The position numbers and the translations under genes were made by a program. From the NCBI RefSeq assembly GCF_006345805.1, contig NC_042998.1, forward strand, positions 202,244,001-202,308,000: a stretch of 64,000 bases of DNA, in the 5' to 3' direction. Positions 51,181 through 63,605 of the stretch are shown here, one piece after another. Each line of letters opens with the position of its first letter. Position 1 is the stretch's first letter. The notes under the pieces are model-generated. The model was given only the letters and a program-made list of their open reading frames with translations, made no database searches and was not told where the DNA came from. The DNA comes from Octopus sinensis. Its lineage: Eukaryota.

Positions 51181-51895
51181 TTTGTTTTTTGCCTTTTCTT
51201 TGTTTTGGCTTTTTGGTTTGTTTGTTTTTTCCATTAGAGTTGAGAACATTAATATGTTTGACGAAACTAATACAAATATAGACTAAACATTTCCCTTCTA
51301 TAGTAGCGGCGGCAAAAACTTTTCGTACACCATAATAATAGTGATAATTATTTTATTTATTTATTATTTATTTATAATAATAAAATAAGGAAATTCGATT
51401 AGATACATTGTGCAAAAACAAAAATAAACATCGAAATCATAGCGGAAAATTCTAAAACACAAAATTCAAATTACAGTAACGATATCAATATCAGTCATCA
51501 TGACCAAGTCAATAGGAAAAGTAACACAGTGAAATATAAATTTCTTCGGATGATGGAATTGGGAAATTAACTGCCCCAAACAATTTTGAGGGGAATCACG
51601 TAAAAATTTAAAAAACAAATTTAATGAAATGGAAAAAACTCGATTAAAGTAATGTTTTTAATGCATGGGCAAAGAAATAGCTGTTCTCAATAAACGCATC
51701 ACTCTCTCTCTCTTTCTGCCTCTCTCTCTCTCTCAGTTTCTATCCCTATATTTGTATGTATGCATATATGTATGCATGTAGGGAGTGTCCATGTATGTGA
51801 AGGCTGGTGGTTAATAAATCACTACAGTTACCTAACATAAAGCACTGAGTGCTCTATACCTTCTTTGATATATAAAATTTCTCCGCACACACACA

Positions 51896-51947
<52 letters not shown>

Positions 51948-53224
51948 TTGTCGTAAGCCAGATAGATGTAAACTAAGAATGATTCTTAAAATATTGTGTT
52001 TCCATTGTTTAGTGTCTGAAAATATACTGAAGTAAATGTTTCAGAATTTAATATTCCTGTCAAGTTAGATACATCCGTTTCGGATCTGATTACATGTTTA
52101 GACAAAAATATCTACTTAAGATGTCAAATAGAGAAAGATTACGTACGTACATACACATATGAGTATAGATGCATACATACGTTAATGTGTATGCGTTTAT
52201 CTGTGTATGTATGTGTGTGTTTATGTGTAATATGTGTGTGCGTACGTATGTGTGTGTGCGCGTGAGTGTGATTGTGTATGTATATCTATGAATTATCTTT
52301 TTTCATGTATTTGTAAGTGTGTATGTGTATGTGTAGGGCGAAATAGACAGGAAGTGGCTGAGTGAAGTAAATGGAAGAGATTTCATTTGATTTACCATAA
52401 GGAAAATCTCCGTAGATTAAATTTTATCGTCGATTGAGTTCAGATTGTCATATATTTATATTTATCATTATGACTTTTTGAGAGGTAGAAAAACAGTGTC
52501 CAACGCTAGGGAATTTTTATTTTAAATATAGAGGGATAAACCAAAATGTCTAATAACGGTCTGCTAGATAGATTCCTGGTGCAAGAGAGCTTATAAGATG
52601 TAGTAAACCTTGCACAATGCACAAAACAAGAAAAACAGCACTTTACAGTTATCAGTATTATCATGCAGCTCTCGGGTTTAGACTTCAACTATGCGATATT
52701 CTACAGATGATATACACAATAGCTGTTCGTGAATCAATTGAATGCTGATTGTGTTATTTAGATGGTATCGGTCTCTCATTTAGCCCCTCTGGTAGCTGGG
52801 GACTAAATGAAGTACTGGATGAAATATGGTGATTTTTTTAAATGGTACAGGTCACTCGTTTAGCTGACTCTTGTGACTAGGAGTGAGTTATATTGATAAA
52901 TAAGTTTAATCGGATGTAACACAGAACTGCGCACTCATTAAAGATGATCATGTATGAGTTACTATAGTAGAGAGAATGGAAAAGTGTTCGGAAATCCGGT
53001 TTATCGTTGAGTCATTCTAGTAGGTAATTTCATAGGTCACACAAGGACACATAACAGCCTATAGATAAATAATAAACGTATAAAGGGAGCTTAGAAGCTA
53101 ATTTAGCCAAATAGATTAAGGTTCTAAATGTTTGAAAAAAAATAGCCTTTAAGACTCATTATGAACATTGATGAAAAATTAAAACCTATGATTTACGAGA
53201 CGACAATTAGAATGTGATGTTCGT

Positions 53225-54361
53225 TAATATTAAATTAAGGATAACAAGTACAACAACAAGAACAACAACAATAATAATGTTTCCTTTGTCTGGCTTTAAC
53301 CCCAGAAGCAATATCGTATAATGTCAGCATAAGATACAAGTGCCATGAGCACAATAATCGCCTGTACATCAATGATTTTAAAATCTTTAGAAGTTAAACC
53401 AAACTAGTAAATATAAATTTTTTCTATACTTGCTGCAAAGATATACAGAGAAGCTTAAGACTAGACAAGTGCGTCAAAACAAATCCAGGGATAGGAAAAT
53501 TAACCAAAACCAGAAGACAGCAGAAGAACTAGGCGCTAAAATCAGAGAATTAGATCAGAATCAACTGTAGAAGTATCTAGGAATAAAGAGCTAAAGCAGA
53601 ATACATGGAAATGAAATGGAAAATAAGAAAGCATATATCAGAAAGATAGACTAATATGGAAAAACGAACTCCATGCTAGGAATAACATAAGAGATATAAA
53701 TACGCTTGCATACTAGTTATAAATTACAGATTTTATACAATAAACTGAAGGTTAGATGAGTTGAGTAGGAAAACCAGGAAACTACTGACAGCGTACTGAA
53801 GTTATTACCACGAAACAGATATAGAGAAAATATACGCAAGCCATGTGCAAGGAGTACTTTGCCTGATACTAATAAGAAACTTATCTTAAATAAATACTGT
53901 TGGACAGGAAATATACTTAGGAATTAAGAGAGGAAGAGTGATAAATGTTATTACGAAACAAGAAGAAAGACTTTTCTCTGTACAAAAGTGATAAAATACG
54001 CACAGAAAGAAACTATGCTGAACAAAAAATTTAGATAACAACACAACAGAATGTTTAAAGAGACAAAAGTTGAAATAAAAACAGAATTGCAAAATATGCT
54101 AGAGAAGGAAAAAGAGAAAAACCACTCCACAGCCAATACTCTGTAATTTTTCTATAGAGAAGTAAGAGCTAACAACGATTTATTTGCTCTAGCCTAAAAG
54201 GAGTATGGAAAGTACTGATCGTCGCTGCACAAGTCCAGTGCCGGGGCACAAAGATTAACAGAACAACGAAGACAGAACCTAACACCAAATACCGAATGTG
54301 CGTCAGTACAGTGAAAAACTGAACAATACAATTGCTGGCAGCTTCGTCATTGCAAAATTTG
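53225..54361 (+). repeat. Right arm of inverted duplication
   Basis: Frameshifted KYLGIK...KIRKAYIRKI...NELHARNNIRDINTLA...RKTRKLLT (Dong post-RT region). Confidence 0.93.
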
Positions 54362-54748
54362 TAAGGGTGCTACGTAGGTTTACATATAGCATCTCATTCC
54401 CTAAGACCGTGGACTAAAATTCCCATTGACAAGACTCATTGGAGTTAATTCGATACGTTATTGTTTATGCTTAGCTTTTGTGAAGTTATCTTTCCTAACT
54501 TACAAAAGAAATCAAACGAGAAACTTTTAAATATTTTATAGCTACAAGAGTGATACATATTACTCGGATAGAAAGAACTTTTCAGTCTATAAATCGATTG
54601 GTTTTTGTCATCTTCAGATGTTGTTATTTCGTCTTAGAGCAATCAATTTAAACTGCTTGACATGAAACTCCAGATGATTTTACTTGTGTTCGAACTCCTA
54701 TGATGCGGCGAAGACATAAACTAAAGTAGGCTTCCTTTTCACACTTGT

Positions 54749-54808
54749 GAGCGATAAAAAATATCTGAAGAATACAAGAGCGATAAAAAATATCTCAAGA
54801 ATACAAGA
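54749..54808. repeat. 29-bp tandem duplication
   Basis: GAGCGATAAAAAATATCT(G/C)AAGAATACAA x2. Confidence 0.95.
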
Positions 54809-55455
54809 TAAAGCTTCTATCCGGAGCTTATATCGTTTAAAACATCGATCTTTTTTCTACTGCATTTAACTTCTTTAGAGCCTAGAAAACGGGCTTGTAA
54901 AATTATTCTTTGCCCATAGACACAGTGCATCGATGGGTCATGCCTGTCGTTCGCAACATAGGAAACGAGAGAAGGAAATTATATTTTCGTCATTGGCATA
55001 TTGCCGTTTACGTTTCCAGTATTGTTCTATTATGATTCTGCCACTATCCTGTTTATTTTATAGTACCGCTCAGGAAAGCTAATACCAGTTTCGGCTTTCT
55101 TTTTCAGTAACGAGGCGCAATAACCGTAACAAAATCATTTGTCATTCAATGGCCCACATCTAGTCGATAACATTATTTGATGAAATACCACTACATCGCT
55201 CTAAGAGTACTGACTTCTCCATCTCCTCTGGGCTTTATGGATTAGAAGTTATGTATAAACCCTAATAACGTAGTCTCGGCTTTTAATTCAATTTTCAAAC
55301 TTCCAGATTTGTCACATAAACGGGAAACTGTCCCTTTTATGATAAGCCTGTCATTTTGTGTACACTGATATCTGCATTATTCTTCCTGATGCACTATTTA
55401 TACGCTTGTTTCTTGCTGTTTGTTTGCTGTTTGTTTTTGTTTTTTTCTCTTGCAG

Positions 55456-55476
55456 ATGAACATCTATGAAAACACG
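55456..55476 (+). CDS. Candidate 21-nt microexon of an unidentified host gene (MNIYENT)
   Basis: About 107-nt AG-free zone upstream with branch-like CACTGAT/CCTGAT, long U-rich tract with TGC motifs, TTGCAG acceptor and G|GTAAGA donor; length divisible by 3; only phase 0 is open. Confidence 0.6.
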
Positions 55477-56122
55477 GTAAGAATGATATGATATTCCGAT
55501 CACTGTCTAACATCATAATAGAGACAGCATATTTACTTAACATTGATGTTCCGGAAGATTTTATAAGTCAACTCTGTTAATCATAGGGTTCGTTACAAAC
55601 TATGTAAGAGTGTAATGACAACCTTCTATTATCGCACATCTTCATGAATGGAAATAAGAGTTGAACCCACGCCTCACATTAACAATGACGTAAAAACAAA
55701 AAACAATTGAAGTTGTTTATTTTTCGTTTTTCGTAAAGATGATTAATACTGCCTCGAGTGTTACGCTATGACGATGCCTTTTATCAAATCGTATTTAATA
55801 AATACGTTCTCTTTTTTTTTTGTTTTTACAACACATTTTCTAATAATATTTTTCTGAAATGTTTTTATGTAATTTTGTTTAATAGAACGATCGTCATTTG
55901 ATTTTTGGCAGCTATTATAATTACCAGTAACAATTTGAAGTTGTTATATCTGACAGATAAACAGTACTTAAAAGAGTGAGTCAGTATAATCTTTCCATCA
56001 GATTTTAAGCCAAGTTTCATATGTGATCAGTGCAATACATTACCGTAAGAAGTACAATCCCCTCCCACTCTGAACCAAGTAGGAGAAACAGGTTTTGATT
56101 TCTAACACAATCTAGCGCTTTT

Positions 56123-56436
56123 GATGAGAAGAGATTTCTAGCACAATCTCGTGCTCTTGCAGAGAATAGAATGAACGCCATTTTCTCTGGTTTTCATACT
56201 ACAATAACAGAATACTGTTGTTCTATGTTTAGGAAAAATAATTTTGGAAATCTACATAATACTTAATGCAGCATTTCTTGATGAGAATAGATTTCTAGCA
56301 TAATCTAATGCTCTTGTAAAGAATAGAATGAACGTCATTTCTTCTGTTTTTCGTACTACAATAAAAGAATACTATTGTTCTAAGTTTAGGAAAAATAATT
56401 TTGGAAATCTACATAATACTTAATGCAGCATTTCTT
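56123..56436. repeat. 157-bp tandem dimer
   Basis: 56123-56279 and 56280-56436 are collinear with scattered substitutions. Confidence 0.95.
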
Positions 56437-58096
56437 GATTTTGTTTCGTTTTTATTTCATTTATTCATTTATTAGGAAAAGTATTTCGAAGTGGCACAAT
56501 ATTAGATTTATACTTTTATTTTATATGATTATGACTTTCATTTCGACTTTTCATAGCATTAAATTGTATAATTTATTGAATTTTTACTACCAAATTCTTG
56601 CAGACTCTGCAAAATTTGATTTTTTTTTCGGAATATATAGTATACAAATACATGAAATAAAAATCTTATAAGAGAATTTATTATATTGAAGAATGTCATC
56701 GAGAATTCGGACATCTCAAAAATACTTTCATTGGGTTAAAAACTGTAAGAATTTTTTTCTTACAAACATATGTTCAAAAATTGATACTAGATCATGTTAC
56801 TAGATCTAGCGTCTACTCCATAGCTTCCATATATTTTTATAATACTTATGTTTCAGTGAAGTAAAAGCTAATATGTTCATTGAGAGTTGAAAGTGTGCAA
56901 CATTTATTAATAGACAAAGTTTCCACCACATTTTAACGTAAAGTAAGTTAGCGCACACTGAAATACTGATAGAGTCTAGCATACATTGTGAAGAAATACT
57001 GATGCTTCCAATCAGTCAATCCACGATTAAGTGAATCCGACTACCTTCGTTTAAGTCTTTTTCATAGATACCATTATGTTTAATAAAAAATTAAAAAATT
57101 ATATTACGTAATCGATGTCGACACAAAAGATATCTAAGCTTAAAAATTGAACTACGTATATCAGTTATACCAGTTAGGAATGTCTAAATATTAGGGTCGA
57201 GCCGTAAGCTTTCTAGGATTAATATGCTCGGATGCTAGCATAAAAGTCTTTCTAAAACAATAATGAAACTCAAGACCAAATAATTCCAACGTATGAACTG
57301 GAATACATGCTTTCTGTGACGTTTAGTACATTTACTAAAGAATTTCACATTGCAAGAACGAGATTTATGTATTTTCACTCGATACCTAGCACAAATGTCT
57401 TCTATGAATTAGTCTTATGTTGACCAATGACTTCAGACTGAAATTTTGTAGGTGGAAATTGTGTGGAAGGAAAACAGCCTAGGAGAAAATTGTGAAGTTT
57501 TGAACTAATTCCTTCACTGGAAAGTAGAAAAGCAAGTTTTACCACTGCACATGTCATAAATTGACCACTTCCTTTAGAATTCAGCTTGAAACATTGTATT
57601 AACATCTTTCTGATTATGATAATTTCTATTTCGAACTCATGATAATAACATGTTTACATCTTTTAAAGAAATCCTTTGCATCTCACTTGTATTCTAACCT
57701 AACTTCTGCATCAGTAATTCCATCTTCCTCATCTATACTGTCATTTCCGTTTTTCTCATCTATACTGTCATTTATGCTCCTAACTTGCCATTTTCTCTGT
57801 ATATTTATACGGTCCAGAGTCTAATCGGTTCCACACTTTGGAGGTAGTGCAAACTGCTTTTTCGTATTGCCACATCTACGTCCAACAAAAACAAAATAAA
57901 TTACGTATTAATCGAATTAACGCACGTTGTTAAGCATTAAAATGATTATGAATGCGTCACAGATCTAGAACTGGAAAAATGATAATCAAAGTGACCGAAA
58001 TTCATGGTCCTTACTTAAATTTCCCCTCAGTAGCTGAAATGCACTTGATTTTGAACTTGTAGCATTAGTGATATATATATATATATATATATATAT

Positions 58097-58471
58097 GAAA
58101 AAACAAGTCAAGATAGAAAATGCTAAAATAATTTTATAAAGAACATTTCAGTACCGGTTTCGGTCATTTTGAGACCTTTTCAACTGTAACGATTAAATAA
58201 TTAAATTTAGAAAAATTGAAAGAAAAGTTTTTTTAAAGGAATATTTGTATAGTGTTCAAATATAAGTGGCATTCTGCCTTTCTCTGTCTCCCTTGTTTGT
58301 ACTTGTGTGTTGGAGGTCGTTGTGAATTCTTGGTAGGGTAGAAGAAGAAGAAGGTTGATGAGGAGAGGGGGTGGAAACATTTGGGAGTGCCTTGATTGTC
58401 GTATTTTGAATGGTCAATGACGGCTAGCAGTTGCAGTTCAATTCAGGAGAATATTTCTATTAAAAGGTTTG

Positions 58472-58475
<4 letters not shown>
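58097..58475 (-). mobile_element. Penelope-like 3'-end fragment (GIY-YIG C-terminus, 3' UTR with hammerhead) next to (TA)n
   Basis: Minus-strand ..RKYSPELN-like end of ORF near 58440-58470; hammerhead at 58149-58186; (TA)n at about 58072-58096. Confidence 0.65.
58149..58186 (-). ncRNA. Minimal type I hammerhead ribozyme with U3:A8 core variant
   Basis: CAG-UUGAAAA-GGUC-UCAAAAU-GACC-GAA-ACCGGU-A-CUG: stems I and II paired, palindromic helix III ACCGGU, GUA cleavage triplet. Confidence 0.75.
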
Positions 58476-58503
<28 letters not shown>

Positions 58504-59984
58504 TGTATGTATGTATATGCAGCACGGAGTTTTTTCAGTGAACAGGTCGCGGTCTGAAATATATATATATGTATGTATATATACGTTCTGGTAATTTAGT
58601 GTTTCATTCATATCAACGAAATTAACAGCTTGTATCGCAACAGAATTCTTTGAATCCGAAAACAGTTGATGATGTCAAAATAATACGTGTTGGCCCCTAA
58701 AGAATAGAACCACATCATTCCTATCAATCCTATCACCAAACAGTTTTCAGCCGATCATAATGTCTCTGACGGTGGCAGTACCCTCGCTCATACGTGTCGA
58801 TAATTACGAGAAAAATTCATCTATACATAATTATTAATCGAGCTACATACCTATATCAATGATTACCGGTAATGTTTGACACAAGTTGTATTTATATTGT
58901 CTTTTATTTTCACAAACAATTCAGTAGAAAACTAGCAATATTTGATTTTTATTTCCGTTTGCTTATACATATTAGTGATAAGTCAAACAGAGCGTGGAGT
59001 TACAACTCAGCATCTATCTAATGGTTGTGCAGCGAAATGTTTATGATTTATCGTTGCAACTTCAATACAATAATCCTTTTACGATAGAGTTTTAGTTGTT
59101 TACGGTAAATTATGAAAGACGGATGAAAAGGAATACTTGTCAGACGCTTAAATTTCAGCACAATATAAACTATGAAATTGTGTGTCAGTGTGTCTGTGGG
59201 GGTTGTGTCTGTATGTGTGTGTGTCAGTGTATGTATATGTATGTGTGTGAGAGAGAGAGTGAGCGGTAACTGTTTTTATGCGTGTGTGAGTGTATGTGTG
59301 TGAGAGAGAGAAATGACTGTTTTTATGCGTCTGTGTTTGTGTGTAAGAGTATGTGTGTGAATGTGTATGCGTGTGTCTTTCATATATTCGTACGATGTCG
59401 TAGTAGCGTTTAACAAACTAAAATACAGACACGACATCGATTATAAATTATTTCATGAAGTCGTATGACATAAAACATGCCCTTTACGAATGTTTCCTCG
59501 ATACATATAAAACTACCATTTGGCATATAAGTTGAAATTATTATTACGTACGTTTTAATCCTTGCATACATCCAAAACCGTCGCGTTTTTGATGGCTGAA
59601 CATACCGTAAACTTACTCAAATAAACATCATACCTCTCCCCACAATCCATCTCTAAATAAACTCTTCTACTATGTCTCACTTTCTGTATATCACACACAA
59701 ATTATTTTAACTCTTTTGCTCTGCCCTGGAATGTGTCATTGCGAGACTTTCCTACCATAAAAGAAAAGCAAAGAATCTCTGAACTGTTTTCGCGGAAGTT
59801 TATCGTTATATTTGTCTCTTTTCGAGCGAACGGATCGAAAATATGTTTGAATATTAGAGGTGCTATGCGTTACTGAGGGACACGCTGTGGAAAGAAAATG
59901 GCATTAACTTAGGCTCGCCGTTCAGCATAATATAAAGTGGTATCCACCAACATACGTAATGCAATGTTCAAACGGAATAATAGG

Positions 59985-60190
59985 TTCAAATATTGGCACA
60001 AGGCCAGCAAATTCGGAGGACAATATAAATCGATGATACCGACCCCAGTATTCAACTGGTACCTATTTTTCGACTTCAAAGGATCGAAGGCAAAATTAAT
60101 TTCTGTGGAATTTGAATTCAGATTGCAAAGACGGATGAAATACCACTAAGCAGTTTACACTGCTTGTTACATTTCTGCCATCTCGCTGCC
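59985..60190 (-). mobile_element. Decayed SINE family B
   Basis: GGCACAAGGCCAG...CAACTGGTACC...AAGGCAAA...GGAATTTGAA match family B. Confidence 0.7.
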
Positions 60191-60201
60191 TTATATTAAT
60201 A

Positions 60202-60250
<49 letters not shown>

Positions 60251-60267
60251 TAATAGTAATAATAATA

Positions 60268-60643
60268 AAATGCTTTCTAATTGATGTATCAATATCGGCA
60301 GATGACAACGTGTCTCTAAAAGAAATGGAGAAACTTTCAAAATACAAAGACCTGGAAATGGAGGTAACCAGAATGTGGAATCTAAAAACAGAAACAATTC
60401 CTATCATAATAGGTGCATTAGGCATGATAAAAAAATATTCAGACAAATACATAACAAAAACACCAGGACTTACAAACACATATAACATACAGAAAATTGC
60501 ACTACTAGGCAATGCACACATCCTACGCAGAGCACTTTCCATAGAATAACCATCAGAGCATCACAACAAATCACAGCAAATACCTAAGGCACACAGAGCT
60601 GCGCTCGGTAGTGAAGTGAAAGCACGCTATAAAAATAAAACTA

Positions 60644-60648
<5 letters not shown>
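60268..60648 (+). mobile_element. Dong/R4 3'-end fragment inside an (AAT)n tract
   Basis: LIDVSISADDNVSLKEMEKLSKYKDLE...PIIIGALGMI...AHILRRALS*, about 100-bp 3' UTR, (AAT)n on both sides (60196-60268 and 60649-60706). Confidence 0.93.
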
Positions 60649-60684
<36 letters not shown>

Positions 60685-60706
60685 TAATAATAATAATAAT
60701 AATAAT

Positions 60707-61170
60707 ATCTCAGAATGAATTGGACACTTTGCAGCAAGTATGGACTGGAGAGAGCAAATAGTAGTACGAACATAAACCCGAAGACATCATCGAAAAGGAT
60801 AATGCAAAGATCCTACGGGATTTTTTGATTCAGTGCGACCATGAGATAGAGAAAAGGAAATCAGACATATTCTTTACTGAGAAAGAAAGCAAACGAGGCT
60901 GGATCATAGATATAGCATACCCAGCAGACAGGAAGAAAGAAAAGTCGATAGATGTGACAGGATAGTTTGGGAGGTTAAGCAGTTGTGGTCGTTGAAAAAG
61001 GTGGTAGTAGTACCAATAATTGTCGGAGCCCTGGGAACAGTGAGTAAAATCTTGAGTTGTACATGGAACAAATAGGAGCTACGATAAGGATGGGGCACTC
61101 ACAGAAAACAGCAATGACTTGAATCGCTCGAATACACCGGATGGTGCTCGAAAGATAGGGCATGTTACTT
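60707..61170 (+). mobile_element. Second Dong/R4-type 3' fragment (different family), decayed
   Basis: YEHKPEDIIEKDNAKIL.DFLIQCDHEIEKRKSDI...IIDIAYP...WSLKKVVVVPIIVGALGTVSK. Confidence 0.85.
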
Positions 61171-62029
61171 TAGTTCACTGGTTGGGAACAAAGGACAATA
61201 ACTAAAAATAACTAATTCTGGTCAACTACCGAGACAGAAAATAAAAATAAAATCTGACATCTATTGCTAATCAAACATTGTCAGCGCAAGGGAAGACAAC
61301 TCCAGTCTTTTGAAGATTGTTATCAATTTAACTGGAATTTAAGTTTACTCGCGACATTAAGGAGATTATTGTGATTCTAAATGTGAGATTTATTTGTGGT
61401 ATCTGAACAAAATATAAACCTAGAGGAGGAGGGGAAATTATATGCCCTTTTTATAATATCTAAACCACTTCACGCTAACACAAGCTTGAATATTATATAA
61501 GGGCATTATCAAACGGTACAGGAAGAGTATCACAGCTACTGCTCTGAGTAGCCTTGAAAAATTCAGTACTGAATAACATTGGCACAAATGCCATACTAAA
61601 TTATATTAATTTTTCTTTCTTAATAATCATCCATCATTGTTCCTCATCATATTTTCATGCCCCTGCTGTTTCTTTCCTACTCGTGCTTACCATAAACATT
61701 GTGCATAAACATTCATATTATTTTCTTCATGATATCCTGTTCAGACCTCACTACCTCCGCCATAGTTACGCCAAAACTTTTCACGTTGAAATTAAGGTAA
61801 ATGTACATCAAGACGTCCCATCCATCTAAAAAAATTTAAGATACACTTATGATACGAAACGTTACTGAAAATATGTATAGTTTTTAGACCCAAGTAAGTT
61901 GTTTTTCAGCAGAAAGAAGATGAAAGCTGAACACTTGTCTTTGTGTATATCAGGGAATATATGAATATATTTTTACCTTTCCAAGACAAATACATAGATA
62001 TGTAAATACGTAGTATATCTACACATACC

Positions 62030-62430
62030 CACACACAAACACACACACATACACATACACGCACACACACACACGCAGATGCATACACAAACGCTAACAA
62101 ACACACACATGTATACACGTATATTTATACCTACTTATAGACAGACAGCTAGATAGACAGATAGATAGACAGTCAAATAGACGCACACCTGCAGGCAGAC
62201 AGACACACGGACATCCAGACAGACATCTAGACTGACAAAGAGAAGACAGACAGACAGACAGACAGATAGATAGACACACGTACAAACAGATATACAGGCA
62301 CACATACAGACAGGCATAGAAGCAGACAGACAGTCAAATAGCCACACACCTGCAGACAGACAATCAGACAGACAGATAGTCAGACAGAAAGACAAACAGA
62401 CAGATAGAGAGAGATAGAGAGAGAGAGATA
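62030..62430. repeat. (CA)n and (CAGA/TAGA)n compound microsatellite
   Basis: Direct reading. Confidence 0.9.
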
Positions 62431-62834
62431 AATGGATGTTGGATTGTTTGATTCGTAGATTTATGTACATATGTCAACTAAACATTACTGACTTAAAAGC
62501 AAAACCGCAATACTGATTGTACATTGAAAATAATATTAATTAGAAATAATGGATGTATAGCTTTTGTCTGAGACTGGCAACTCAGTTCAGTTTTAGGATG
62601 ATGAAATTTTTCTAATAATCAGGAAATAATATCCGTCGGTATGAGTGGTGAGTATTCAGTTATAGCGAATTGGCTAAGTCATTAGATCATCAGATCAAAT
62701 GCCACGTATCATTTGTACCGGCAATCGGTGCTCTGAGTTTAGAATGTCACCGGGATCGATTTTACCTTTTATATTACAGCGCTGTCAATCTAAAATGGCT
62801 GGTTGGTGAAACTGGAAAGAAATCGAACAAGTTA

Positions 62835-63050
62835 GCTCGTTAGCACGCCGGGCGAATTGCTTAGCGGTATTTCATCTGCGTTACGTTGTGAGTTCAAATT
62901 CCACCGAGGTCGACTTTGCCTTTCAACCTTTCGGGGTCGATAAATTAAGTACCAGTAACGCACTGGGTCGATGTAATCGACTTAATACCTATGTCTGTCC
63001 TTGTTTGTCCCCTCTGTGTTTAGCCCCTTGTGAGTAGTAAAGAAATAGGT
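62835..63050 (+). mobile_element. SINE family B
   Basis: TCGTTAGCACGCCGGGCGAA...GAGGTCGACTTTGCCTTTC...GTCTGTCCTTGTTTGTCCCCTCTGTG. Confidence 0.92.
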
Positions 63051-63605
63051 ATTTCTTCATGTTTGTTTTTTACGCAATATGAGTTCAAATCCCGCCGTGG
63101 TATATGGAGTTGTAGATTAAATCCGTCGCCCTGTGTAAAGACGCATCTTAAGCACATCTAACAGAATTCACTCCCCTCATGTGTTCGAGGCAAGTATCGA
63201 ACTTGAAATTACTTACTTCTCTCCTCCTTATCAGACACCTAGAATTCACTGCGAAGGGCTATGGGCTTAGTCTGTCCTACTACCAACTACTAAATAAAAT
63301 TGAACTATTTACTCATTAAATTTCAGTGTGCAAATGTACTGAAGACACCTTAACGCTTAATATTATCTTCAGTCACTCTCAGCAGATCTCAGTCTGACAA
63401 GTTTGCATATATGGATTATAGGTGCCACTCACCGACTATTTCTATGAAACCAATTCCATCGAAAAGGCATAATGTGACTTGATATTAAAGTAAAACACCC
63501 TTCTCAAGATACCATATCGTGGGATCCTACCAGAGACGTCAGTTTGCCGGAAAAAAAAATTATTCATTTGGCGACGTTGCATCCGTGTAGCCGTGCATTG
63601 ATGTA

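Noticed and set aside
49233-54361. Foldback or Mutator transposon with 1-kb TIRs
   Set aside because: No TSD at the outer ends, the arms consist of decayed LINE sequence, and there is no transposase in the spacer.
1034-62470. Many 60-170-aa ORFs rich in YI, CV, HT, F, S, L, N or MYVC
   Set aside because: Translations of (TA), (TG), (GAA), (ATT), (TATG) and (CAGA) microsatellites; no coding signal.
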